A stretch of DNA of 64,000 bases. It comes from Leucoraja ocellata (lineage: Eukaryota). Below are positions 37,001-50,911 of the stretch, one piece after another. The notes beneath the pieces were generated by a model. It saw only the letters and a program-made list of their open reading frames with translations, did not search any database and had not been told where the DNA came from. The DNA lies in assembly GCA_036785375.1 (NCBI GenBank), contig JAWMAR010000201.1, forward strand, positions 310,001-374,000. The letters are read 5' to 3'. The position numbers were made by a program, and so were the translations under genes. Every line of letters starts with the position of its first letter. Position 1 is the first letter of the stretch.

Positions 37001-38727
37001 GTTGCAGGATTATCATTGATTTTAACCCTAAACACATTTGTTTTAGATATTCATTTTAAGATGGATGCTCTTATTATTGATATAGACTTGGTGTCAGTTG
37101 TGGGTTTCTATATGGCAGGCATTGACTCAATAGAGGAACTTTGGCAATATAGAGCTTACATAAGGGGCAATCATTAGCCCCATTATTATGTACTAAAATT
37201 CGTAAACCAGCTTGGCATTGTTATGTAAATAAGCCATAGGGTGAGGTTTTCCCCCGTTCGGACCCATCATTGGGGTACTAGGGATAATTCAACCACACTC
37301 GGCATCTGGAATTTTCAGAGTACCCGACTGACCTTCTCAATCATGGTATTTCAGTCTTACAGGGGATGGTGTTAGAACCATGTTCCCTATGAACATTGCC
37401 AAAAAATTATTGATTTATCCAGTGACTGGAGGCAGTCATCCATGCCATAACACTATGGATTTATTGATTTGTAGAGTCTAACAGACCCACTACACTGTCA
37501 GACAGGACGATGAATCTCATCTCATCTGCACTAAGACTGTCAACACGGAAGCAGTACCTTGGACACATCAAGAAATGGGGCATATACTGCTTGGACAACA
37601 ATCTCGACCAAAAGGCCAAGAACATTCTGGCCGTATTGGAATTTTTACAAGCCTCCATTAGGATAATCGATGGAGCTACATTGCCTTCAATAGTGCCACA
37701 AGTGCGCTCTCCAATTACCTATCACAAGGAACGGAGCGGCACGCGGTGGAAACGCACCCCTGGTAAGAAAACCAGGTACTCCGAAATCTGGGACGTGGGT
37801 GTCGTTTCTCAACATGCTGAGGAGCCTGTAGCTCATAACAGCGTTGTCACTTCAGTAACAGTCCAGGAAGATGGTTATGCTCATGGTGTTATTTACCGCA
37901 CAACAAGTCCAGCCATTAAGCAAACTGAGCCTGGACTCCCTGATCATCTCACCGAGAAACTGGTGTTGTCATACAGGATTTAATAAAAGAAAACAGATCG
38001 GGTTCCTCGGGTCAAGTGTTTGAATTTATGGTACACCCATATGGTAAACGACTGTATAGCAAGACACATCTAACAATACATAGAATATACTAAGAACATT
38101 CGAGGTCAGAGAATGGAGTTGTTTATCTCTTACAAGAAACCGCATGAAAGGGTCATGACTCAAACTATATCATTGTATTAAGAAAACATTTTATGTTCAA
38201 CAAAATAATTTGCCCGAAAGGTTACAGGGCTATGATTCTCAAATTTTTTAAAAATGTTATATATTTTTTCGTTATACCACACAACTCTTTGTATAATTGT
38301 GTTTAAAATTACTAATGATGCTCTCTCCCAATACCCAAGGCAGTTTGTGAAGCATGGACTCGTTCCACGGCATGAGGTCACAGAGCTTTGAAATCTTCAC
38401 GTAGTCACTCACGTGACTCCGAAGTAAAATAGTAAGATTAAACGAGAACTTACCAGTTTGAAGTTTGATCTGTATTTTATGAGGAGTTACGATGAGGGAT
38501 TACGTGCCCTCCGCTCCCACCCTCTTATGATCATATCAAAAACTGGTATCTCTTTGGTAATCTTACTATGTTAGATCATTATAGGTTCCTGTGACCTCAC
38601 ACCGCTGCTTTGAAGTATGACACGCATGCGTGGAAGCGGGCTTCTTCACGTAATCCCTCATCGTAACTCCTCATAAAATACAGATCAAACTTCAAACTGG
38701 TAAGTTCTCGTTTAATCTTACTATTTT
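34049..38727 (+). mobile_element. Complete-ended DIRS1-type tyrosine-recombinase retrotransposon with decayed coding core
   Basis: Left ITR from 34050; right ITR ~38616-38652 plus extension to 38727; ICR 38394-38506 is the exact reverse complement of both termini joined; ATTTT at both junctions. gag, RT and YR remnants (STRKQYLGHIKKW..VLEFL, RYSEIWDV). Confidence 0.93.
35108..35203 (+). pseudogene. RNU2: 3'-truncated U2 snRNA copy inside the DIRS element, followed by a second degenerate partial copy (~35211-35270)
   Basis: ATCGCTTCTCGGCTTTTTGGCTAAGATCAAGTGTAGTATCTGTTCTTATCAGTTTAATATCTGATAC differs at one position from vertebrate U2 nt 1-67 as I recall it. Stem IIb retained; Sm site and 3' domain absent. 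Confidence 0.95.
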
Positions 38728-38919
38728 CTATCATGTCCACAGGGAACTGAGCACTGCGCAAATCACTCATCAGAGCCCTCTCCCTGTCCAGAAACATGCA
38801 TAGTTTCTGTTCCACTTGTTCAACACATTCCTGACCAGATTTTAAAAGGCAGGCACTGGATTGGCTGAGTAAGTGAATTGCATTGGGAGAGCAAGGGGAG
38901 GTTTCAAAATGCAGCCCTT

Positions 38920-39480
38920 AGAGCTGTCGTGGTAGGTGACTCGTTAGTTACGAGGGGCACACGGGAATTTGTGGCAGCAATCGAGACTACGATTGTGTGG
39001 CCTCCCTGGTGAGGTGTGTGGCCTCCCTGGTGCCAGAGTCCAACACGTCTGAGTGGTTACATGGCATTGTCAAGGGGGAGGGGGAGCAGCCAGAAGTTGT
39101 GTGCCTGTTGGCACAAATTAAATAGGCAGAAAAAGGGATGAAGTCCTGCAAAATGAATATAGGGAGTTAAGCAAAAGGGCAAAAAGCAGGACCTCCAAGG
39201 CAGTGATCTCCCGATTACCCCTAATGGCACATGCTAATGGGGGTAGGTTTGCTTTATTGTTTAAAGAGAATGTCACAACAGCAGTCCAGATGGTGTTACT
39301 GATAGTTCACTCAGTGAGGCTATAAGGGTGGAGCTGAGAATTAAATTGGGGAAGTTTGAGAGTTTGTTGGGAGTTTATTTTAGGCCCCCAAATAGTCAAA
39401 GGAAATTAGAACAAAAATGATGGGAACTTTCAGGCAGCTGTAAGGCTAATAATATTGTCATAGTCGGGAATTACTTATTA
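38920..39480 (+). mobile_element. Old CR1 ORF1 (esterase-like)/APE remnants
   Basis: VVVGDSLV, CGLPGARV, VGTN, RPPNS remnants. Confidence 0.65.
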
Positions 39481-39639
39481 CTGAATATGAAGTTAGTTAT
39501 TGTCCTCAAGCATAAGTGTGTATAGGTAGTTTAGATACTACTTTGGCATTGGGCTTGGTTTTCTTGGTGAGCACTTATCCTGGTGTTATATCACGTACTT
39601 TGAGTTTTAAAGTAATTAAAATCTCACCCATACGTTTAT

Positions 39640-40345
39640 AAGTTACAGGAGCAGAATCAGTCCATTTGGCCCATCAAGTCTACTCTGCCCTGCAATCATG
39701 GCTGATCTATCTTTCCCTCTCTACCCCATTCTCCTGCCTTCTCCCCATATCCTTGGGCACCGTTACTAATCAAGAACCTGTCAATCTCTGCTTTAAAATA
39801 CCCAATGACTTGGCCTCCACAGCCATCTGTGGCAATGAATTCCACAGATTCACCACTCTGACTAAAGAAATGACCCCTCATCTCCGTTCTAAAGGTACCG
39901 GGTACTTCCTTTTATTCTAAGGCAGTGATCGCTAGTCCTAGATTCTCCCACGAGTGGAAACATCCTCTTCATATTCACTCTGTCCAGGCCTTTCACTATT
40001 CGATAAGTTTCAGTGAGATCCCCACATTCCTAAAATCCAACGAGTAGGCCATCCTTCAACTCAGTGGACATCTTCTCATGTTGGACCCACTGACATGCAG
40101 AGGCATGTATACTTCTGCTGCAGGGGAATAGACAATGGGTGCAGGAGTGGGCCATTTGGCCCTTAGAGCCAGCACCACCATTCAATGTAATTTTGGCTGA
40201 TCATCCCCAATGAGTACCCTGTTCCTGCCTTCTCCCAATATCCCCTGACTCCGCTATTTTTGAGAGCCCTATCTAGCTCTCTCTTGAAAGCATCCAGAGA
40301 ACCTGCCTCCACCGCCCTCTGAGCCAGAGAATTCCACAGAGTGAA
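39640..40345 (-). mobile_element. Two CR1 3' end fragments
   Basis: Reverse complement of the CR1 RT C-terminus and 3' UTR. Confidence 0.75.
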
Positions 40346-41388
40346 TCTTCTGATTCCATAACGCTGTCCTCTTGCTTAATTTCCTCGGGCCTTTGCAAAA
40401 GCCTGGGCCAAAGTGCAGGCTCTTGCTCCTTCAGGGTCTCGTTTGGAGGTGATTCTTCTTCGTACTCACTTTCTTTCCGGTCAGATGCTTCTCTCACCCC
40501 AGCATTACCCATACCACAAGCTTCCCTGGGATTTGATATGATATTAATTTAATTCTCATCATCACATCGCCTTTTACCGTGTCGACTCCGTCATTTGACT
40601 GTGGTTCCACAATTCCTACAGCTTCCATAGTCATGGCCCAGTGGGATAATAAGCACCTATAGACTATTTGACTGCACACATCCACCCTGGCCAGCACTGA
40701 AACCTACACATGATCAGGAGGGAAGATCCAGTTTCTGCTCCTTGACCTTAGTTGAGATTGGCAAACTCAACCCAAATTTGGAATTGAACTGTGAACACCC
40801 TGAGGTGTTTGAGTAATGAAGATATGTTTATCCCCAAGTACATGGAGCCACTCCTTGCAATGTCTTCATGTAAATGTATGTTGAGGTGGAGCAGTGCAAT
40901 CATGCATTCATGTGCTGCAAAATTTTAAGATGTGACTATCTTTGCACATTTACTACGTGCTCAAAACCCACAGGAGAGAGATCAAAATGAAGTTAGGGCG
41001 CTGCATAGAATAGTACAGTCCAGAACATGATTCATAGCAGTGTAGAAAAGAGGAACTCCACACAATGAGTCAGTGCATGTTCCTGGTAGAACATCCGCTC
41101 AGGCGGATCCTTGCAGGTTATTCTTGTGTCTGATCACGTCCCTTTCTGAGGACATTATTTTATCCTCAAATGGTCGTGAGTTCCAGATCGTGGTAGCTGT
41201 CTGAGCAAATGTTTTAATAAATAGGTGCAGGAGGAGGACATTCGGCCCTTCGAGCCAGCACCGACCGCCATTCATTGTAGTCATGGCTATTGTCCCCTAT
41301 CAATAACCTGTGCCTGCCTTCTCCCCACATCCCTTGACTCCACTAGCTCCTAGACCTCTATCTAACTCTTAAATCCTCTAACTCTCTC

Positions 41389-41724
41389 TTGTTCCCGATG
41401 TTAGGGAAGTCCAGGACAAGGGGTCACAGCTTAAGGATAAAGGGGAAATCCTTTAAAACCGAGATGAGAAGAACTTTTTTCACGCAGAGAGTGGTGAATC
41501 TCTGGAACTCTCTGCCACAGAGGGTAGTTGAGGCCAGTTCATTGGCTATATTTAAGAGGGAGTTAGATGTGGCCCTTGTGGCTAAGGGGATCAGGGGGTA
41601 TGGAGAGAAGGCAGGTACGGGATACTGAGTTGGATGATCAGCCATGATCATATTGAATGGCGGTGCAGGCTCGAAGGGCCGAATGGCCTACTCCTGCACC
41701 TAATTTCTATGTTTTTATGTTTCT
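41389..41724 (+). mobile_element. Young 5'-truncated CR1
   Basis: Nearly identical to 6180-6512. Confidence 0.9.
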
Positions 41725-41812
41725 AAATCCTCTAACGCTCTTAAATCCAGTTTTAGAACTGAAGAGACGAACAGACTGCCGGCGGAGCTGCCATCGTACG
41801 GCGCCCCTGGTT

Positions 41813-44800
41813 GTATTTGACTTTGAAGTTACGTGAGTGATTCCATGAAGTCCCGCCAGTGTGCATGCACATCATTACGTCTGACGCATGGCACACCGAC
41901 GGGCTGGCAGGCATGTAGCTCCACTAGCGGTAAGTTAAAAACCCTGAGGTAAGTTTTAAACTTAGCTGAGGTCGTTTTCTGCGGTCGGTAAATCTTGTTG
42001 TAGGAACAAGTCAGCCATGGAGAAGATGATTAAGGGAAGGTTGAGGCAGTCCGCTGGGAGAGCAGCTACAGAGGAGTGCGGGTAGCGTGTGGCCATCCAT
42101 CTCACCTTCAGAGTCACTGGCGGCACGGCCAGTGGCTTCCGATTTGGTGCCGGTGGAAAGTACCATGGCTACTCCGGTGGGCCGGAAAGCCACCAAAAAG
42201 TCGATAAGGCCCGTTGACTCTGATGAGTCGGGTCAGGACAATTCTCCTCCCATGATGGATGCCGTCTTTGGGCGGCTGTCCAGGATGGAGCTCCTGATGG
42301 AGAGGATACTCCATCACGATGTGCTCGAGAAAGACGAGCCTTATATCCGCGGGCCTTCTCGGGGGCCTGTTGAAGGGCTGCATAATGTCTCCCTCTTGGA
42401 GGAGGAGGAGAGTACACAGAATCTGAGGTCGGGGGTATAGCTGGTGAGCATACTTCCAGGCAAGAAAGCCACGAATCAGGGGTGCCAAGCATGGCATATA
42501 AATTTGCTATAATGGCCGGAACTGGGGGACCGCTGGATGAGGACCTGGCCATGACCATAAACTACATGGTCTCACACCAGCTACAAGATCTCACGATGGG
42601 TGAAACCTTCAAAAAACACCAGACACCCGCCAATTGTGCCTCACTTGAAGTCCCAACTGTGAACCACCCAATCTGGGGTCACATGGGTGCGGGTATCAGA
42701 GCCCAAGAACTGAGGCTCCAAAAAATACTAAACCTGCTTGCTTCAGGTATTACAGCATTCACTAGGTCAGTTGATGGTGGGCCCCTGTCTGAGGTACAGC
42801 AGGATGCTCTTGCCCTAATGTGCAATGCACATTTTGAGATAAACTGTCTCAGTAAGAGTGCTATCCATCCTACGCTGAACCTGAAGTTTGCGGCACTATG
42901 CAAGACATGCAACATGCAGCCGCCGAATTTACTGTTTGGTGATGACCTATCGAAACAAGTCCGAGAATTGGACGATGAGGCGAAAACAGTTGGCCGCATA
43001 AAAGCCCAACCAACCAGCAAGAATCCCCTCCAGCAGCAGCACCCCTACAAATGGTTCACTGAATCAGCTTCAGGCCAAGGACCAAGCCGGACCTTGCCAG
43101 CAGTGCGCAATTGGTGCACGTCAACATTCTTCCCCTCCAGAACCCGGGGGCAATTTATACCAATAACCACAAAGGTAGGTGGATCTGGTTCTTTTCAGAA
43201 CAAGCCATGTATCGGCCAGTTACAAGTTGGTGGGAGATTACACTTGTTTTTCAATGAGTGGTGTTGTATAACATCAGATTTGTTTATACTGCACAGTATA
43301 CAAGGGTTCCGACTTGAATTCCTTTTCAAATTGCGTCCACCTACACAGCATACACCAAGCCAGACTTTGTGTTTTTCACAACAACAGTCTTTAGAGGTAC
43401 AAGCTGAAATTGAAACGCTAGCTAAAAAAGGGGTAATTGAGAAAACTTTTCATCAATCTCACCAATTTGTGTCTAATAAATTCCCTAGACAAAAGAAGGA
43501 TGGAGGGTGTCGAATCATTCTTGATCTAACTCGGCATAACTCCTATGTGCAGTATAACCTTTTCAAAATGGAAATTTTTGTTACTGCCAAACAACTGGTT
43601 TCCAAAGGATGCTATATGGCATGCATAGACCTCAAACATGCATACTATTCAGTTCCCATTCATTACAATCACCGGAGATAAGTTTAACTGCATAAAGCAA
43701 TGATGGCAGTTTAAAGCATTGCCTAAAGGTTTAACTTTGGCTCCTAGATTATTTACAAAATTGCTAAAACCGTTGTTGGGCCTACTCCGAGCTCAGAATC
43801 ATATTGTAATGGCCTATTTGGATGATATCCTAATCATAGGCAAGACTCAGAAATCAGCTGAATTATCTTTCAGCTACCAAACTCATGTTTGAGAGATTGG
43901 GGTTTCTCATCCATCCAGTTAAATCCAAATTGATACCATCTAGAGTCACAGATTATTTGGGATTCACCATTAATTCAAGTCACATGTCTGTGACTCTACC
44001 TCCAGGCAAGAGATCAGAGTTAATAGAAGCCTGTAACAACCTTGTTAATGAGCAACAATCTTCTATTCGGCAGGTGGTTAGCGTAATTGGCAAATTAGTG
44101 ACTGCTTTTCCAGCCGCGCAGTTTGGACCTTTACATTATGAAAATTTGCAACGTGCAAAGGAGCAGGCACTTAAAAGGCATGCAGGTCATTTCAATAGAC
44201 CCATGCGGATACCAGCTGAAGCCGTTGCTGAGTTGTAATGGTGGATAGCGAATATTTGGCATTGCTCCAGTAAAATTCGGATTGATAAACCTTCAGTTAT
44301 TTTACAAACTGATGTTAGTGATCTAGGATGGGGAGCCACTGATACCATCTCCAGCTGTGGTGGCAGATGGAATATGCATGAGGCATTAATTCTTCAATCA
44401 CATGGTATTAACTATTTAGAGTTGTTGGGAGCACTTTATGACTTAAAGGCGTATTGTACTAGATTTGCATGTGCAGCTTCTGATTGACTACGCTACAGCA
44501 GTAGCATACGTTAATCATATGGGTGGAATCAAATCGGTATCATGTGATAAGTTGGCTAACTTTATTTGGCACTGGTGTATTACAAGAAACATCTGGATTT
44601 CAGCTATCTACTAACCAGGTAGATTTAACATAGTGGCAGACACCAGGCCACGAAAATTCAATGACAACATGGAATGGATGTTGAATTGTGAAATATTCAA
44701 TGATATTGTCGCTCGGTTATAGCTACCAGAGATTGGTTTGTTTGCATCCAGATTGAATCACCAGTTACCAAAGTACTTTTCATGGGAACCAGACCCTGGG

Positions 44801-45372
44801 GCAGTAGCGGTAGATGCATTCTCACTACACTGGGGTGGAATGTTTTTATATGCATTTCCCCCCATTTTGCCTCATCAGTCAGGGCTTGCTTAAGATCGAG
44901 CAGGACTCCACCTCAGGCATTTTGGTAGTTCCCGACTGGCCTACACAGCCATGGTTTCCACAAGTTCTGAGACTAATAACACATCCTTTTATGGCTGTCC
45001 CCAAAAGCAGTAACCTGCTGGTTCATCCTGAGACTGGGGAGAATCATCCACTACATGATCGTAATAATCTATTGATTTGCAGATTCTGAGGAGACCGTTC
45101 CTGCGGCTCGGACTATCAGGGCGTATGGTGGATGTGATTACTGCTGCCTGGGGGGGTAGAATTAAAAAACAATATATCTCTCATATCAAGAAATGGGAGG
45201 TGTTCTGTTTGCAGTCAAACATATCATATCACATGGCAAGCGTACCTGATGTGTTGGAATTTCTTTCCACACTATATTTTGATGAGCGATTAAGATATAG
45301 TGCCATCAACAGTGCCAGGAGTGTGTTATCGTCCTACCTGTGGCAAGGATAAGGACAACACTCTGTTGGGTC
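41813..45372 (+). mobile_element. Second DIRS1-type element: gag, RT-RNaseH-methyltransferase, start of YR; 3' truncated
   Basis: Left end resembles the first DIRS ITR. Motifs LLFGDDL, VGGRL, KKDGGCRIILDL, IDLKHAYYSVPI, AYLDDI, LQTD.SDLGWG, LFASRLNHQLP..DAF..FPPF, and SAINSARS (YR N-domain). Confidence 0.92.
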
Positions 45373-45374
45373 TC

Positions 45375-45960
45375 AAACCCCTTTCTCACGGGGCGACTTG
45401 ACGCAAGAGTTAACCAGAGTTGAACATCGTGGGAACCTCTTGCGATAACCGTACGGCATTCGTGGACCACCGTGGACCACCGTGGCGCTAACGGCAGGTA
45501 CTCGTGTAACTTGGTGACTCTGGAGAAAATTCAAACAAGCTTGAATTTCTCCAAGAGTGACTTGTACACTTGTGGTTGAACATTGCAACATTATATGCAC
45601 GTAGTGGCCAGTGCGATATCCGTACTGACTCTTGCGTGTACCGTGGGAACTCCTGCGAACGGTGAACCCGGAAGCTGGACAGAGGGGACAGAAGGTGAGT
45701 AAAAATTGTCTTCTGTGGGATTGAATTTAAAAAATAAAGATTTGCATCCACATATGGACATCAACTTATTCATGAGTTATGTTAATGAGATTCAAGAAAA
45801 TAACTATAATCTTTAAAAGGGACTTTACTGAAAGGTCCCGCATTTTTATGGTCCATGAGAAATTTTTCACATGTACTTCTTTGAGAGATACAGCTCGGAG
45901 TCCTCGCCGTCTGGCGATCAATGCCTTTCCGAAGCAGGGTCCGGAACGCTACCAATCAAT
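45375..45960. mobile_element. Probable Harbinger-like non-autonomous DNA element fragment truncating the DIRS
   Basis: Abrupt loss of YR similarity; CpG-rich internally repetitive sequence; no second terminus or TSD identified. Confidence 0.4.
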
Positions 45961-45994
45961 GTTCTCCAGAGACCCGTGTAAAGGAGTGAACTGC

Positions 45995-46300
45995 ACATGC
46001 TGGTTTAAACCGAAGACAGACACAAAAAGCTGGATTAACTCAGCGAGTCAAGCAGCATCTCTGGAGAAAAATAGGCGATGTTTCAGGACGAGACACATCT
46101 TCAGACTCAATTCCGATTAGGATGTCTGAAGAAGGGTTCTGATTTGAATCGCCACCTATTCTTTTTCTCCAGAGATGCTGCCTGACACGCTGACTTACTC
46201 CAGCTTTTTATGTTTTTCTTCCCAGATCTGACTTACCTGCTGAGTTACACCAACATTTTGTGTCCTTTTGTGCGTATTAACCAGCATCTACAGTTCCTTT
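45995..46300. mobile_element. Inverted pair of Penelope terminal repeats
   Basis: 46020-46106 and 46124-46210 are reverse complements around a 17-bp spacer; each has a degenerate CTGAAGA...GAA core. Confidence 0.75.
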
Positions 46301-46319
46301 AGACATTACCTAACATCAG

Positions 46320-46540
46320 ATTTTAGAGATATAGCGCGGAAACAGGCCCTTCGGCCCACCGAGTCCGCGCCGACCACCTATTCTTATACACTCCAGGGAC
46401 AATTTTACAATGTTACCAAAGCCGATTAACTTACAAACCAGTAATCTCTGGAGTGTGAGAGGAAACCGGTGCACCCATGGTCAGGATCGAACCCCGGTCT
46501 CTGGGGCTGTGAGGCAGCAACTCTACCACTGTGCTGCATG
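46320..46540 (-). mobile_element. tRNA-derived SINE (V-SINE/HE1-like), internally deleted
   Basis: Minus strand A-box/B-box-like head CAGTGGTAGAGTTGCTGCC...GGTTCGATCC; CR1-like tail GGGCCGAAGGGCCTGTT. Confidence 0.75.
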
Positions 46541-47334
46541 TAGTCAGATTTAATAAATTGCTGGTGTTGCTTCCAAAGACAGAGGCACTTTTAATATTAG
46601 ATCAGAATTGCATCTTTCCGCTAATAGAGTCAATTATTAGTCAATTAATAATAGAATCAATTATTGTTGGTGACATTTCACCTACGAATATCAGACTATT
46701 TTCGCAGAGGTAAGGATCAATTAGGCATAGCAAAAGGTATGAACACTTTTAAACATTTTTTTCCGACAATTTTGTCTAATGCAAATACAGGGAGAATGAT
46801 CAAAGTGCTCACATGGCTCACTCTGTTAGAAGCGTTCTGAGTTTAAATGTTCCGTGTATTCCTTCTTAAAGTATAAATTTTTGTGTGGCCAGGGGTGCGA
46901 TTGAGAACAGCTAGGAAAGGGCGGAGGGAGCGTCATGAATAACAGCGTTTCCCTGGCCATATTATGGCCCATTCCCCAACCGTAACATTAATCAAGCTCT
47001 GTCTAACTCCGCCTTCACACCATCCCCCTGTGACATGGGTAAGCCATCGCTGGGCTGTGGGCCGAATGGCCTGCCAACGGGAGTCAGAGACGTGACACTG
47101 AGATCCATTGTGCAGGAAGGAACTGCGGATGCTGGTTTTTACCGAAGATAGACACAAACGCCACCTGTTCATTTTCTCCAGAGATGTTGCCTGACCCATT
47201 GAGTTACTCCAACATTTTGTGTCTGTGTTCACTATGAACATTGAATTATTTAATTTGAGGTAACTTACCCTCTCTCTCTCTCCCCCGCCCACCCCCTAAG
47301 GGACAGGAGGGGGTGGGTGGGGGAGAGAGATTCT

Positions 47335-49325
47335 AAGGGGAGTAGGAGGCAACCGTGGCTGACGAGAAGTTAGGGATAGAATAAAACTAAAAGAAAAGAT
47401 GTATAACACAGCAAAGAGTAGCCGGAAGCCAGAGGATTGGGAAACTTTCATAGGACAACAAAAGGAAACAAAATGGACAATTAGGGCTGAAAAGATGAAG
47501 TACGAAGGGAAGCTGGCCAGGAATATAAAGAAGGAAAGTAAAAGCTTCTTTAGATATGTTAAAGGAAAAAGAGTAGCAAAGTCAAATGTGGGTCACTTGA
47601 AGGCAGACACGGGTGAAATTATTATGGGTAACAAGGAAATGGTAGAAGAGTTGAATAGGTACTTCGGATCTGTCTTCACTAAGGAAGACACAAACAATCT
47701 CCCAGATGTACTGGGGGACAGAGGATCTAAGGGGGTAGAGGAACTGAAAGAAATTTTCATTAGGCGAGAAATTGTATTGGGTAGGCTAATGGGACTGAAG
47801 GATGATAAATCCCCTGGACCTGATGGTCTGCATCCCAGGGTCCTCAGGGAGGTGGCTCTAGAAATAGTGGATGCATTGGTGATCATTTTCCAATGTTCAA
47901 TAGATTCAGGAACAGTTCCTGTGGATTGGAGGATAGCTAATGTTATCCCACTTTTCAAGAAAGGAGCGAGAGAGAAAACGGAGAATTACTGACCAGTTAG
48001 CCTGACTTTGGTGATGGGAAAGATGCTGGAGTCAATTTTTAAAGTGGTAATAATGGGGCATTTGGATAGCAATAAAAGGATTAGTCCAAGTCAACATGGA
48101 TTTATGAAAGGGAAATCATGTTTGACTAATCTTCTGGGTTTTTTTAAGGATGCAACAAGTAAAATGGATGAAGGAGTGCCAGTGGATGTAGTCCGTAGTG
48201 TATCTAGACTTCCAGAAAGCCTTTGATAAGGTCCTGCACTGGAGACTGGTGACTAAAATTAGAGCACATGGTATTGGGGGTAGGGTGTTGACATGGATAG
48301 AAAATTGGTTGGCAGACCGGAAGCAGAGAGTAGGAGTGACCAGGTCCTTTTCAGAATGGCAGGCAGTGGCGAGTGGAGTGCCACAAGGCTCAGTGTTGGG
48401 GCCGCAACTGTTTACCATATATATTAATGATCTGGAAGAGAGAATTAGGAGCAACACTTGCAAGTTTGCGGATGACACAAAGCTGGGTGGCTGTGTGAGC
48501 TGTGAAGAGGATGTTAGGACGTTGCAGGGTGACCTGGACAGGTTGAGTGAGTGGGCAGATGCAGTATAATATAGATAATGCAGATTATTATCTCAATGGG
48601 GTTAGGTTAGGTAAGGGTGAGGTGCAGCGAGACCTGGGCATCCTTGTACAGCGGTTACTGAAAGTTGGCTTATAGGTACAGCAGACAGTGAAGAAAGCTA
48701 ATGGAATGTTGGCCTTCATAACAAGAGGATTTCAGTATAGGAGTAAAGAGGTGCTTCTGCAGTTGTATAGGGCTCTGGTGAGATCACATCTGAAGTATTG
48801 TGTACAGTTTTGGTCTCCTAATTTGAGGAAGAACATCCTTATGTTCATGAGATTGATACCTGGGATTGCGGGACTGTCATATGAGGAAAGATTGAAAAGA
48901 CTAGGCTTGTATTCACTGGAGTTTAGAAGGATGAGGGGGCTCTTATAGAAACATATAAAATTATAAAAGGACTGGACAAGCTAGATGCAGGAAAAATGTT
49001 CCCAATGTTAGGCAAGTCCCAGAACCAGGGCCCACAGTCTTAGAAGAAAGGGGAGGTCATTTAAGACTGAGGTGAGAAAAAAAAAATTGCACCCAGAGAG
49101 TTGTGAATTTATGGAATTCCCTGCCACAGAGGGCAGTGGAGGCCAAGTCACTGGATGGATTTAAGAGAGAGTTAGATAGAGCTCTATGTTCAGTGCAGTC
49201 AAGGGATATAGGGAGAAGTCAGGCATGGGTTATTGATAGGTGACGATCAGCCATGATCACAATGAATGGCAGTGCTGGCTCGAAGGGCCAAATGGCCTCC
49301 TCCATCTATTTTCTATGTCTATGTT
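47335..49325 (+). mobile_element. 5'-truncated CR1 LINE (RT), disrupted
   Basis: KSPGPDGLHPRVL, QHGFMKGKSCLTNL, YLDFQKAFDKV, GVPQGSVLGP, FADD. Confidence 0.93.
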
Positions 49326-50911
49326 TCCACTGCCATGTTTTGATGGAGGTGAAAGATCAGGATAGCATGATTAGAGAATCCTGGGTGACAAATGTTGTGG
49401 ATGCAGAAAAGTTGATGAAGTAAAAGAGAGGCATATGACAGTATAGGCAGCTGAAAGTAACAGGGTCCTGTCAGGAGTTTAGAAAACTATTTTTAAAAGA
49501 AATTGGGAGTGCAAAAACAGGCCTTGAAATATTATCGGCAGACAGGATTAAGGTGAAACTGAAGAAGATTTCTATTAAGATGATAATGCTAGTAAATTGT
49601 ATGTGGAGTTGGGGGAATGGAAGCATGTTCCTAAATAAATACTTCTCACCTATATTTGCGGAGGAGAAGGACATGATAGACAAAGAGCCAGAGCAAGGAT
49701 GGTGATGTTCAGGAGCATGTTAGTAATAGGAAGGAGGGGGTGCTGGATGTCTTGTGTTACATCAAGACATACGGATTCCCAGAGCCAAATGAGATTCACC
49801 CCAGGCTGCAGTGGAATGCAAAGGTGGAGACTACATGTCCCTAATGGATATTTTACATCTTCATTAGCCACAGGTGAAATACCGGATGAATGGAGGATAG
49901 TAAATGTTCCTTTATTAAGAAGCTCAACAGATAACTACTGGTCAGTCAGTGGAAGAGTAACAATTGGAAAATGTCTAAGGAACAGGATATTTTTCACTTA
50001 GGAAGACGGGGATAGATTAGGGATAATCACCATGGCTTTGTTCGTGCAAAATCCATCTCACAAATATGACTCAATTTTTTGAGGATCTGACTGAACATGT
50101 TATTTAAGGGAGTGCGAAGGTCCATATGGACCTCAGAGTCATAGAGCATGGAAATAGATTGTGTGGTCCACCTCGTTCATGCCAACTAAAATATCCCATG
50201 GAAGCTATTCCCATTTAATCACTTTTGGCCCAAATCCCTCTTTCCTCTTCATGTAACCATCTAAATGTCTGTTATTGTCTACCTCGACTACTTCCTCTGG
50301 CAGTTTGTTCCATGTAACCACAACCCTCTGTGTGAAAAGGTTGTCCCTTACATCTTTTATATCTTTTCCCTCTCACCTTAAACCTGTGCCCTCTAGTTCT
50401 TGATTCCTCTATCCTGGGAAAAGGACTTTCTACATTCACTCTATCAATTCCCCTCATGATTTCAAACACCTCTCTTTGATCTTCTCTCATTCTCCAAGGA
50501 ATAGTGAGACATTTTATAAGGTCCTATGTACTTGGCCAATCAAGCAAGTTAAAGCTCACTGCGTTCAGAGCAAACAAGTAAATTAGATGCAAAGTTCTTT
50601 GGTAATAAGAGGCAGAGGGTGAGGGTGAAATTGTTTTTATGATTGGAATTCTGTGACCAAATCTGTACCACAGCATATTTAGACCTTTGATGTGAATGTA
50701 TGATAACTAGGTTTGCAGATAATATGAAAATTGGTGGTCTCATAGAAAGCCAGGTATTGAAGGTTGTCCGAGGCTCATGGTTTGGATCAGATGGAAAGTC
50801 TCGGTGAGAAAAGACAAATGTAATTTGACCCTGACAAATACAAGGGGGGGGGGGCGTTTTGGGAGGGCAAACAATGGTGAAACATTAACAGTAAATGGTG
50901 GAGCCCTAGAG

